Source of the DNA: Candidatus Iainarchaeum sp. | GTDB taxonomy: Archaea > Iainarchaeota > Iainarchaeia > Iainarchaeales > SKW153 | Assembly: GCA_026414365.1 (NCBI GenBank) | Contig: JAOAJD010000001.1 | Location: forward strand, 314,144 to 378,143 | Direction of reading: 5' to 3' | DNA: 64,000 nucleotides | Part shown: positions 50,008-59,618 of the stretch, piece after piece | How the letters are laid out: every line of letters begins with the position of its first letter | Position numbering within the stretch: the first letter of the stretch is position 1 | Position numbers and translations under genes: made by a program | The notes under the pieces: generated by a model | The model's input: only the letters and a program-made list of their open reading frames with translations | Told to the model about the DNA's origin: nothing | The model's database searches: none

Positions 50008-50865
50008 TTATTTTGTTTTTAATTCATCTAAAATTTTTCTTACTCTGTATACTTCTAGATTTTTATCTTTCGCAAAATCATCAATTAATTTTTTGATACT
50101 CTGTTTTTTTTCTCCACAACCAATGGCTTTGTAATCTACTACTATTGCCTCAACTTTTTCTACTGTTTTTTCATATGCTTGGGCCAACATCTCAAAATCC
50201 AACTCATTTAAAGAGTATTCGGGGCACATATGCCCTAATGCAAAGTTTGTCCTTAGCATAAGCTTTGTAAATTCTTTATTATAGTGCATACCACCAATAC
50301 CTATTGCTGCTTTTATTTCTTTTTCAATTATAGTTTTTTCTATTATTGTTTCTGCTATAATATTTGCGGCTTTTTCATCACCATAATGTTCTTCTCTACT
50401 GCCTAACTCTATAAAAACAGAACACTTATCTACTGTTGGACCGTGATGAGTCTGCTCTATTACTACTTCGCATTCATTTTTATCTGCTTTTTGATTAAGG
50501 TTCCTTATATAATTCCTTATTATACTAGCAGATGTTTTTGACAACGTTCTATTTTTGCCGCCAAAATTAGCTTTCCCCCAATTACCAGGTGCGTGAACTG
50601 TTAAAGTCTTAGGTCCATTTTTTGAAGAATGTTTAGATGCAAAGATAATCATATCTTCATTCAAATTGTTAACAATATCGGCAAAAACTAAATTTTCTTT
50701 TATTGTAAATAGTTTGAATTGGTTATTTTTGAAAACTATGTTGTTATCAAAAATTTCTTCAGTTTCCTTAAAGTCAAAATTTTCAATAAGTTTCTTTCTT
50801 ACAATCATACTTGCCTTATCTACCTCTGAGCAAACTATGGCGCATTTGTTAAGCATTTCAAACAC
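50008..50865 (-). CDS. Probable archaeal D-aminoacyl-tRNA deacylase (DtdA).
   Basis: N-terminus AIVCSEVDKAS and a GIGGMHYNKEF motif reminiscent of the DtdA GGGHY signature. Called from recalled similarity only. Confidence 0.45.
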   Translation of the reverse strand: MFEMLNKCAIVCSEVDKASMIVRKKLIENFDFKETEEIFDNNIVFKNNQFKLFTIKENLVFADIVNNLNEDMIIFASKHSSKNGPKTLTVHAPGNWGKANFGGKNRTLSKTSASIIRNYIRNLNQKADKNECEVVIEQTHHGPTVDKCSVFIELGSREEHYGDEKAANIIAETIIEKTIIEKEIKAAIGIGGMHYNKEFTKLMLRTNFALGHMCPEYSLNELDFEMLAQAYEKTVEKVEAIVVDYKAIGCGEKKQSIKKLIDDFAKDKNLEVYRVRKILDELKTK

Positions 50866-51280
50866 ATCTTTAGATTTTGATAATTTTATTTATATTATTT
50901 ATATCTTTTTACTAAAAGACTAAAAACAAAAACCTTTTAAACTTTAGAAAGTATCTCTTATTTAATGCCAATAAGACCAAAAACAAAGCCTAGGTCTATA
51001 TTAAAAACAATAAATGAAGCAGCTAGTGTTACAAATATTTTTCTTAAAAGTAAACTTAAATCAGTCAAGAATAAAAAGTAAGATTAAGTAATGTTTTTGG
51101 AAGCTTGCAATACAGTACTAATATTAACAATTACAATTTTAATATACACTTAAAAAAATTTTTTGTTGGAGTAAAACTTAACACACAGAATTAATAATGG
51201 GTTCTCTTTTTTTATTTGTTTTAATTGGGCCTTAACTCATTATACATAATAAATATTAATTTAATTTTATTCTATGTTTT

Positions 51281-51781
51281 CTAATTCTTATATTTTTCTT
51301 TAAGTTTTTCAAGAGCTAGTGCTATTTTATCGTTTATTTTTTTTATTCTAGTTGCAACTTTTTCTTCATACCCTAGTTTAATATCATCTTTGTTCCCAAT
51401 TTCAGCACTGCAAATAAAGTATTTTTTCCCTCTTTTCTCTAATAATCCTAAATCACACAGATTTTTCAGATGATATCTTACTAGCTTGTTACTAACTTTG
51501 ATATTCTTTCTTTTCATTTCTTCATAAACTTGATCAGCTTCTATTGCTTCATTGTTAAAAGAATTGTTGAATACAATATCTAAAATATCAATAATTTTAT
51601 TTCTTGAATCGTTTGGTGCAACTAATCCAAAAGCAAGAGCAAACCATCTTAACATACTCTTTTTTGTTAACATAACTTCTGTAGGTAATTCCATATCTCT
51701 CAAAACATAAGTAACTCTTATGAGTTCCCTTTCTGGTTTTGTTTTTTCATAATTTTTTAGTTTTGTTTTATTTTCCTCCAT
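51281..51781 (-). CDS. Winged-helix DNA-binding protein (hypothetical regulator).
   Basis: C-terminal VRYHLKNLCDLGLLEKRGKKYF helix-wing pattern. Confidence 0.4.
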   Translation of the reverse strand: MEENKTKLKNYEKTKPERELIRVTYVLRDMELPTEVMLTKKSMLRWFALAFGLVAPNDSRNKIIDILDIVFNNSFNNEAIEADQVYEEMKRKNIKVSNKLVRYHLKNLCDLGLLEKRGKKYFICSAEIGNKDDIKLGYEEKVATRIKKINDKIALALEKLKEKYKN

Positions 51782-51915
51782 AATTATTCTCTTCCTTAAG
51801 GTTTGTGTATTATATATTTTTTAAATTTCAAAATACTTATTTCCTTTTCAAAAAAAATATTTCTAAAGTTTTAAAATAATATCTTTTTAATATTCCATTT
51901 CAAAGAATTTTTTCA

Positions 51916-52542
51916 TTATTTTTTTGCAACAATTCCTAAAGCCTTCTCATTTTTAACAATATTCTTAAAACCAACTTTTTTCAGTCTTTTTATTATTCCT
52001 TTTGTGATATCCAAACCCCTCTTTTTATACGGACTACCAACATAATGAAACAAAATACCTTCATTTTTTAGGACTCTATAAAATTCATAGTATAATCTTT
52101 TGCTGTATAATTCGCCTGCAATTCTAAATGAAGGAGGATCATGTAAAATTCTATCAAAAAAATTATTATCAAATTCTTTTATTCCTTCTTCTATAGGCCT
52201 ATTTATTATCTCAATTTTTTTATCCTCAAAGGCTTTTTTACTAAATTCATTCTTTTTTGCAATCTCTAATACATTTTTATCTTTTTCAAAACATATGACT
52301 TTTTCAACTTCCTCGCTTTTTGCAATCTCCATTGCAGTATATCCTAAACCAAAACAACTGTCTAAAATCGTTCCTTTCAATGGCGATATTGCATTTACCA
52401 TTTCCATAGTGCTTTTTCTTATTCCTTCATTTACGCAATGCATTCTTATGCCAGAAATTTCCAAACAAGGCAAGTCTCCGTCTATTTTTCTAAGCTTGTA
52501 ATATTTCTTTGTTTCTTCAGAAAAGAAGCTTATTTCTTTCAT
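51916..52542 (-). CDS. SAM-dependent methyltransferase with a DPPx motif (RsmD/COG2521-like).
   Basis: Motif I ILDSCFGLGYTAMEIA and motif IV HDPPSF. Confidence 0.55.
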   Translation of the reverse strand: MKEISFFSEETKKYYKLRKIDGDLPCLEISGIRMHCVNEGIRKSTMEMVNAISPLKGTILDSCFGLGYTAMEIAKSEEVEKVICFEKDKNVLEIAKKNEFSKKAFEDKKIEIINRPIEEGIKEFDNNFFDRILHDPPSFRIAGELYSKRLYYEFYRVLKNEGILFHYVGSPYKKRGLDITKGIIKRLKKVGFKNIVKNEKALGIVAKK

Positions 52543-52608
52543 TTTTATATTTTGAATTTTTATATTATTATAGTTTGCTTTTTATTGATTTTGGTAACTA
52601 TACTTATC

Positions 52609-52806
52609 ATGGCTCGTAATTATTTTAATAGACCATCTAAAAGAAAAACCTTCCCGGGTACAAACATTCAACCCAGACAGAGTAAGGCAAATATGAAAAG
52701 ATCTAAAAGAATAGATTACTCAAGAATTTTCCCAGCTAATCCTGATAATGTTATTGCAAGTTTGTACGAACAATCACGGAAGGCCAAAATTAAAAAAAAA
52801 CCTTGA
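52609..52806 (+). CDS. Small basic protein (hypothetical).
   Basis: Sequence MARNYFNRPSKRKTFPGTNIQPRQSKANMKRSKRIDYSRIF... Its stop overlaps the next gene start. Confidence 0.3.
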   Translation: MARNYFNRPSKRKTFPGTNIQPRQSKANMKRSKRIDYSRIFPANPDNVIASLYEQSRKAKIKKKP

Positions 52807-53396
52807 AGGAACAGAATATTAGGGATAAGGACAACATTGCAAACAAAGGAAAACAGGGACTAACTAGGGATCAAGAAAGAGTTTATGATTTTGAAACAGC
52901 GGATGCTCACCTGTATAATCAATATGTTACTTTTAAAAAGCCTACTAAAGTTATTAGTTCTAATGTATTGCTTCATCACAGTTCTAAGGAAGCAATTATA
53001 GATACTTTGACAAAAATGGCAGAAAGTGGGCAAAATGTTTCTTTAGATAGGATAACGTTTAATAGAGAAAGAAAAAAAGATGGAACTATCGTTGAAAATA
53101 TTTTTGTTGATAACAAACCTTTAGATATATTTCTAAAAGAGGCACAAAGAGAGTCTAAAGGGATAAACAGAATCCCCGAGCAATCAGTAACTAATTTACT
53201 TTGTTGTTTAAGCAGGTTTTGTCAAGATTATGGCTATCTTTATGCTTTGGAGAGAATATTTAAATATTCTGACTATTTGCTAATAAAAGCTTTAGAAGAG
53301 GGAGGTATTACTCATTCTAAGATTTTACAAGAGAGAGAAAATAGAAAGAAAGTAATCTCTCATTTTACTGAAAAGTTTTGGAGGGGGGACATTTGA
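52803..53396 (+). CDS. Hypothetical protein.
   Basis: A 197-aa ORF in a co-directional cluster. No recognisable motif. Confidence 0.45.
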   Translation: MKEQNIRDKDNIANKGKQGLTRDQERVYDFETADAHLYNQYVTFKKPTKVISSNVLLHHSSKEAIIDTLTKMAESGQNVSLDRITFNRERKKDGTIVENIFVDNKPLDIFLKEAQRESKGINRIPEQSVTNLLCCLSRFCQDYGYLYALERIFKYSDYLLIKALEEGGITHSKILQERENRKKVISHFTEKFWRGDI

Positions 53397-53478
53397 ACAA
53401 AGTTTTCGTCAACAACTATTGTTTTTTAATATCTTTAACACTATTTTTTAATGGTTTATTTGTAATGATTAATACAAA

Positions 53479-53844
53479 GTGGTGATAGATATGATTGATA
53501 TTAACTATTACTTTAATCCTCTAAGATTAGTTATATCGAGGAAGGAGCCTACCAAACTAGTGATTGAGCTTGAAAATAGAGATATATCCGAAAAAGAGAT
53601 TTCTGTAGCAATAGTATTACCTAAAGAATTAGCTTTCGGAAAAGGCAAATTTAAAAGAGATTTAGTTGAAAGATTTAAAGGATTTAAGCCACAAGAAAAG
53701 AAGATTTTAACCTACGAGATATTCCCTAATATCCCTTATATAAGACCTGGTGAATATAAAATAAAACTAGTTGTTAGTGAATACACAAGGCCGAACATTG
53801 CAGATAGGCAGCAAGTTAAGGAATTAACTCTCATTGTTTCATAA
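53479..53844 (+). CDS. Hypothetical protein.
   Basis: A 121-aa ORF. Confidence 0.4.
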   Translation: MVIDMIDINYYFNPLRLVISRKEPTKLVIELENRDISEKEISVAIVLPKELAFGKGKFKRDLVERFKGFKPQEKKILTYEIFPNIPYIRPGEYKIKLVVSEYTRPNIADRQQVKELTLIVS

Positions 53845-54031
53845 TCAATTTTAGTGTCAATTTTAGTGTTATAGATATTTGGTTTATAAGCAATTTATTT
53901 TAATCTTTGTGTTTGTGGATGTTAGTAAAAGATCAACAATATAAAGTATTAAAATAAAAAAAAAGAGTATTATTTGTATAAACAATATTTTTTTAAATAA
54001 AGAATTAAGATTGTGTTTTTGAGGTGGTTTT

Positions 54032-54934
54032 GTGCCAAAACCAAAAAATTTTTTCGGTAAACCTCCTGAAAGAAAACAAAAAGACGTAACTAAAATAAAT
54101 CCTGAAAAAGAACAAAAGAAGTTTTTTAAAAAAACTGAACAAAGAAGGCGATTTTTAATTAAACCAATACCAAAAGAGCCTGTTTTAGATCTTAAGATTC
54201 CTTATCTGCAAAGAGGAGAGTATACTACTAAGCTTTTCGGTTTGCAAACATTAAAAAAATTTGGAACAAGATTTGGTAGGGTTTTGGATTATGTGGTTTA
54301 TAATGATGCGAGCCAATTTTCTATTAAGCATTTTCCAGATCCCACTAAAGGAAGACTTTTGATAAGGACTGATCCTAATACTTATAAAAATATTCAAACG
54401 ATGGAGCAATGGGCTACTATGCCAAGAACTATTTTGGATCTTAATAATATAAAGCCTTCAGAATCGACAAGAATTGTTAAAAAATGGATGACTTCAGCTA
54501 GTAAAAGTCACCCCAATATTAGGTTTATTATACATAAAGTTAGAAATCTGGATGAATATGCTAAAAATTATCAGCTCAATATAGATCTTAATTCAAACTT
54601 AGTGAGATTATTTGTAAGACCATCTTGTTCAGCCGTCTTTAGAGATGAACCAACAGAGCAGATAATTTTTCATATAGATGACAAACTTTATGAAGTAGTT
54701 CTGCACGATCCCACTGACTTTAAAAATAGATATTATAGATCACAGATCAATTCTATAGTAGGAGATGAGAGATTGGCTTCAACGATTTTATCAATGACTA
54801 ATTATTTTATTTTTGACTATCTTGTATGCGAAGGTTACAAAAGATGCAAAAAAATGGAGGTTTCTTTCGTTACTTACAAAGATAATCCCGCTGAAATTGA
54901 ATTTTATGATCTGTTGTTGGGTAAAGATTTTTGA
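54032..54934 (+). CDS. Hypothetical protein with a basic N-terminus.
   Basis: A 300-aa ORF. It has a GTG start with a GAGGTG SD upstream and begins MPKPK. Confidence 0.45.
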   Translation: MPKPKNFFGKPPERKQKDVTKINPEKEQKKFFKKTEQRRRFLIKPIPKEPVLDLKIPYLQRGEYTTKLFGLQTLKKFGTRFGRVLDYVVYNDASQFSIKHFPDPTKGRLLIRTDPNTYKNIQTMEQWATMPRTILDLNNIKPSESTRIVKKWMTSASKSHPNIRFIIHKVRNLDEYAKNYQLNIDLNSNLVRLFVRPSCSAVFRDEPTEQIIFHIDDKLYEVVLHDPTDFKNRYYRSQINSIVGDERLASTILSMTNYFIFDYLVCEGYKRCKKMEVSFVTYKDNPAEIEFYDLLLGKDF

Positions 54935-55066
54935 TAAAAATTAAAGATTGATTTATTTAAAAATTTTCAATTTTCTCTTTTTTTCCTCTATTTTTGTCTA
55001 TTCTTCTTTACTCATTCCTATAAAAACATTAATATTTAACAAAGAGTAAAAATTTAGTGAGAATTC

Positions 55067-55402
55067 ATGCCACTTTATAAAGGAAAAACAAAAAAATTTA
55101 GAATAATTAAAATATTGCCTCCTAATAAAAGACAAACTAAGAGGCGTATTGTGGAAGTTTATGATGATCACAACAATCTGTTGTATCGAGGAAAAGAAAA
55201 AAGAAAATATAGAGAGAAAACTTTTTTTGATTCTAAACTTTCGCAGTCATATCTCTTTAAATTAAACGAAAAGAAAATAGGCACACGAAGAAAATTGTTT
55301 TTAAAAGAGTACGCTAAGCAGTTCGGTGAATTTTTACCAAAAAATATATTTATTGATTTAAGAGACAAAAAACAAGTCAGAAAAATAGTTGAAAATGAAT
55401 AA
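55067..55402 (+). CDS. Small basic protein (hypothetical).
   Basis: A 111-aa K/R-rich ORF. Confidence 0.4.
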   Translation: MPLYKGKTKKFRIIKILPPNKRQTKRRIVEVYDDHNNLLYRGKEKRKYREKTFFDSKLSQSYLFKLNEKKIGTRRKLFLKEYAKQFGEFLPKNIFIDLRDKKQVRKIVENE

Positions 55403-55420
55403 TTTTTTAGATGTGATTTT

Positions 55421-56254
55421 ATGCCAAAATACGGAAATAGAAAAGGTCCCAAAACTGAAGTAAGGAGATATCCAATAATAGGGGCTGGCGGGCAAAAAAA
55501 AGGATTTCTTGAAATAACACCAGAAGGAAGAAGGCTAATGAAAAAGAAAGGCATAAAACTTTCGGAGATAATTTTTAGAGGTAAGAAGGTAGAAGGTGTT
55601 AGTCATATAAATTTAGTTGATTTTTACAAAGGATCTGTAATAAAACAATTAGTCGAACCAATTACTTTTAAACACCATACTGCTGAGTTTGGTTCTATTC
55701 TAAAGCAAAGAGAGGTAAGTAAAAAAGTAGTAGTACCATTAGGTAGGCTTGTTGGTGAAAATGTTTATTTTTCTGCAGTTGTTGAGTTAAAAGGCTTTAA
55801 ACCGTCAACACAAGTTATACATAATTTATCAAAGGAACAAAGGAAATTACTCTTTGAAGAAGTAAAAAAAGAATACAAAAAACTATTAGATGCAGATCTT
55901 TTGCCTATGGATATAAGACCACCTCAAATTTTGTTAAAGGTTAGTAAATCAGGTAAAGTTGATTTTAGATTTATAGATACCTCTATTTTACCAACTTCAA
56001 AAGAGATGATATGGGAACTTTTTAATCAACTTGGTATGAAAAGTCTCGCGGATTCTCTTGAAAAATATCTAGAGAGAAAGGGAATATACGAATATGCTAA
56101 TACTATATATAATCTTAAAGAAAGATTACAATATATTAATACGGAAGCTATCAATTGGTATGAAAGTCTCCCTTTGGATATAAAACACAAGTTAGCTGAA
56201 AAATATTATGAAATAAAAATGGAAGAGCTCGCGCATCTGTGGAAAATCAAATAA
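55421..56254 (+). CDS. Hypothetical protein with protein-kinase-like motifs.
   Basis: Gly-rich loop IIGAGGQKKGF, a catalytic-loop-like DIRPPQILL (compare DLKPENIL), and VDFRFIDT (compare the DFG region). Confidence 0.45.
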   Translation: MPKYGNRKGPKTEVRRYPIIGAGGQKKGFLEITPEGRRLMKKKGIKLSEIIFRGKKVEGVSHINLVDFYKGSVIKQLVEPITFKHHTAEFGSILKQREVSKKVVVPLGRLVGENVYFSAVVELKGFKPSTQVIHNLSKEQRKLLFEEVKKEYKKLLDADLLPMDIRPPQILLKVSKSGKVDFRFIDTSILPTSKEMIWELFNQLGMKSLADSLEKYLERKGIYEYANTIYNLKERLQYINTEAINWYESLPLDIKHKLAEKYYEIKMEELAHLWKIK

Positions 56255-56979
56255 TCAATAACATAGTATACATAATTACATAATCAAATAGACTCGATTT
56301 ATAAAAATTTTAACGATCTATAACAAACTTCTTTTTTATCCTTTTCTCCTTTTATCTTTTGATCTTTTGCTTTTTATATGTGGCATATTTTAGTTTATCG
56401 AATTTATTTTTTGTTTTGTTAATCTTCGTCATATGGCGTTTTTTTTATCATTTTTGAAGCTTTTTAAAATTTAAAAAATTTACAAATTTTCCTCCGTATT
56501 TTTTCAGCATAATGTTGATTATGCCGCAAATTATAGGAATAACAGGGGTTTAGACATGGACAATAAACGAGTATTTTAGGGCCAGAATTTGTATTTTTTT
56601 GTTTTTTTGGAGGTTTGAATTTGCTACTAATTATTGGTTTGTACATCATTGTTATGTATACCTACCATATAATCCACGAAATTAAATTTTTGCATATTAA
56701 GCAGACAAATAGGTTTTTGGAATTTTTACAAATTCTTTTTACAAATTCTGTAAAGTAAATGCAATGATCCCAAAGACTAAGAAAAACCCAATTAGACAAG
56801 AAAATTCAAGAAACTCTGTTAAAATATAGCCAAAATTTATTTTAAAATTTATTTTATTTCTAATAATATCAAACATCTCTTCAGCCTCCTTTATCCTTTT
56901 ATGTGCCTTTTTTCCTACAACTGTTATTTTCTAACCTTCATCTTCATTTTCTTTAGTTTAATAGGGATAGAAAGGTAGG

Positions 56980-57192
56980 TTAAAATTCAGAGCTAACAAT
57001 AGGAGCACCTCTCTGTTTTCCTTCCTTAACCCACCTTTCTAAAATCCCGTATTCTTCAGTAGTTTCACCCATTTTTCCTCTATTATATATTTTTGCCAAA
57101 CCCCACCCAAAATTATCTTTCTTATTTCTAGCTCTCATTTTAGTTATGGGTGGATTTCTAGGGTGGCTTTTTACAAAATTTATCCAATCCAT
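56980..57192 (-). CDS. Small hypothetical protein.
   Basis: A 70-aa ORF in an otherwise non-coding 1.2-kb region. Confidence 0.3.
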   Translation of the reverse strand: MDWINFVKSHPRNPPITKMRARNKKDNFGWGLAKIYNRGKMGETTEEYGILERWVKEGKQRGAPIVSSEF

Positions 57193-57445
57193 CTTTTTTT
57201 ATTAAGTACAAACTATATTTAAATAATTAACTTTAAAAAGATTACTAACTATACTTTTTATAGTTTATTTAATTTTACCAAACCTTAGAATCTCAGATGA
57301 ATAATAGTTTAGAAGTTAGACAAAATCAAATCAATAAATAAATATTCACAAAAAAAAACAATAGAAAAAAATTGTTAGAATTTAAAATAAGTTTTTAGAA
57401 TTAGGGACATAAAATATTTGATTTTTTAGTATTTGAGGTGTTTGT

Positions 57446-57763
57446 ATGCCAAAAAAGATAGAAAAAATATACTCTTTGCAGGAAGCCTTGAAGAAGATAG
57501 GCAAGAAGTATGATCTCTTGATAATAGATGCAATAAATCAACTCAATGGTAGAGCGAGGTTTAACCAAATTTTGACAGCCATACCTACAATAAACCCACG
57601 TATTTTATCGATGAGACTTAAAGATATGGAGAGAAATAGGTTATTAACAAAACATCTTATTTTAGGGACGCCAATTAAAACAGAATATGAATTAACAGAA
57701 AAATCAAAAGAATTAATCGAAATCATAGATAGGTTAAAACAATGGTATCAAAAGAACTGCTAA
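57446..57763 (+). CDS. HxlR-type winged-helix transcriptional regulator.
   Basis: LLIIDAINQLNGRARFNQI...PRILSMRLKDMERNRLLTKH matches the HxlR/DUF24 pattern. GAGGTG SD upstream. Confidence 0.6.
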   Translation: MPKKIEKIYSLQEALKKIGKKYDLLIIDAINQLNGRARFNQILTAIPTINPRILSMRLKDMERNRLLTKHLILGTPIKTEYELTEKSKELIEIIDRLKQWYQKNC

Positions 57764-57960
57764 TGATTTGTAAAAAACAAAAAAAAGAGGATATGCAACT
57801 AATTCCTTTAATTACAAACTCGCTGGTATTAGTTCCGAATAATTTTTGAAAATTTGACCTAATGAATATACCAAAAATCGAAAAAAAACAATTATGTATA
57901 ATATTATTCATATTATTTTGCTGAGTCTCTTTTTACCTTTTTAATCTCTTTTTAATAAAT

Positions 57961-58344
57961 CTAAGTTAAATTTCTATTCAATTCTTTTAGTTTTTTATAG
58001 TTTTCTTCTATTTGTTCCTTTCTTACAAAAAACTTGTGATTTCTAAAACCTCCGCTGAAGTTTTTAGGAATATGCATTAATTCATGTATTAATACTTTTA
58101 TTTTTTCTTCTTTGCTAAGTTTAAAAAATCTCTCAGATATAAGTTCAATAACGTAAAAAGGCTTTTCTCCTTTACCTATTTGAATTGCTTTTGGTAAAGA
58201 ATGGATTCTTGCAATAGTCCTCTTTGATTTAGAGCCTTCACTAACTACTATTGCTAACCTCTTTTTATCTATATAATTAAAATTAAGCCTTTCTATTATA
58301 TCATTACAAATTTCCTTGTACTTCTCTGATTTTTTATATATCAT
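57961..58344 (-). CDS. Putative zinc metallopeptidase with an HExxH motif.
   Basis: VLIHELMHIP motif in a 127-aa protein (DUF45/SprT/WLM-like minimal protease). Confidence 0.45.
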   Translation of the reverse strand: MIYKKSEKYKEICNDIIERLNFNYIDKKRLAIVVSEGSKSKRTIARIHSLPKAIQIGKGEKPFYVIELISERFFKLSKEEKIKVLIHELMHIPKNFSGGFRNHKFFVRKEQIEENYKKLKELNRNLT

Positions 58345-58680
58345 ATTTCACCAAATATTCTTTTTTTGAATCAGGTATTATATTTATCTTCCTAAATTTA
58401 ATTTTTTTTAAACTAAAAAAATAAACAACTACTTTGATAAAAAATATATCTTTTCAATCATTCTTTTTTTCCTTATTATCTGTTTTATATATCTCTAAGA
58501 TAAAACATAAAAAAATAAGAGGAATAATAAAATGTGTTTACCACTTTGTTACTTCTATGAGGTCTGATTTCCATAAAAGTTATGAGTGTTATTTTCAGCT
58601 TCTAAGTTATGTCTAAGTAGATAAGATAAAAATTAGTAATAAAAATAAAAAATAAAAAAGGAAAAAAATCTACTAAAAAA

Positions 58681-59376
58681 TTATTTTTTTCTTATACTCT
58701 TGAAAAGATTGTCAAACAAATCTTGGTTTTTGGCAGCAGCTTTTTCTATTGGCTCTTTTAGACCTAATCCTAATGCTATACCAACAGCTATTGCAAAGGC
58801 TATACTAATCGCTGACAAGAAGAGTACAAGTATATTTGATAAAATATCTACTGTACCTCTCACATTAGGGAATACTAGCGGCAATGTTATAATAATGCCA
58901 ATATATATAATAATGAATTTGACTATCTTTGAAATTTGATGACTAAATGTTCTATTTGATGTTTCTATTATATTTCCCACATATGTAGCTATAAACAATA
59001 CTGCCACCAATAAGACAATTCCTTGTGTTAATGTTGATAAGTATGCTAACAATGCCATTGCAAGCTGGACCATTATTATGTTATTAACTACTGAGGTAGC
59101 TAGGATCAAAGACAACAATATTATGTAGGCATCTATTAACTTTGTCAATATGCCAGTTACTGTAAAACCAAATAGTGCACGCTCTAGCCCCATCTTTTTT
59201 ATTTTTTCTTCTACTTTAGCTTGTTGTAAAATTCCTTTGATGATTAGATTGATTACTTTAGCCGCAATAACACCAAATATTAAAAATATTGCGATGACTG
59301 TAGAAACTCCTAAAGCACTTATAACACTTGTCACTACTGCATTTAAAAATGGTATTACCAAGTCTGTGTTCATCAA
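58681..59376 (-). CDS. Polytopic membrane protein (hypothetical).
   Basis: A 231-aa protein with about 6 TM helices and repeated conserved TM-helix-like segments. Confidence 0.45.
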   Translation of the reverse strand: MMNTDLVIPFLNAVVTSVISALGVSTVIAIFLIFGVIAAKVINLIIKGILQQAKVEEKIKKMGLERALFGFTVTGILTKLIDAYIILLSLILATSVVNNIIMVQLAMALLAYLSTLTQGIVLLVAVLFIATYVGNIIETSNRTFSHQISKIVKFIIIYIGIIITLPLVFPNVRGTVDILSNILVLFLSAISIAFAIAVGIALGLGLKEPIEKAAAKNQDLFDNLFKSIRKK

Positions 59377-59618
59377 CTAAACCTCCTTTTATTTTTTACT
59401 AACTAATTTTGTAAATTCTTACTGTTATATAAATTTATCTTTTGCTCTATTACATCCTATATGTTTCGTAAATAGCTTTGATTTAAACAATATTTGCTAA
59501 TTTAATATCCGTAGTAAAAAGCTAATATCATCCAAAATATCTAGATGATTTACTAAAATTAATATAAAAACTTCGTTTGATCACTATTTGACTAAAATAA
59601 ATAAAAAATTACTAAATT

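Noticed and set aside
50866-51280. A 415-bp non-coding gap between dtdA and the wHTH gene as a possible ncRNA.
   Set aside because: I could identify no recognisable structure or conserved motif by eye. It is probably divergent or terminator spacer. An Rfam scan would be needed.
54020-57445. Recurrent GAGGTG(G)TTTGT-ATGCCAAAA at the starts of genes 54032, 55421 and 57446 as a possible shared regulatory motif.
   Set aside because: It is most simply explained as a strong Shine-Dalgarno sequence (GAGGTG) plus a preferred Met-Pro-Lys N-terminus. There is no evidence it is more than an RBS.
58681-59376. Membrane protein as the missing prepilin peptidase for the pilus locus.
   Set aside because: It lacks the paired catalytic Asp context and typical FlaK/PibD topology, and the sequence looks more like a repeated TM-helix channel-type protein.
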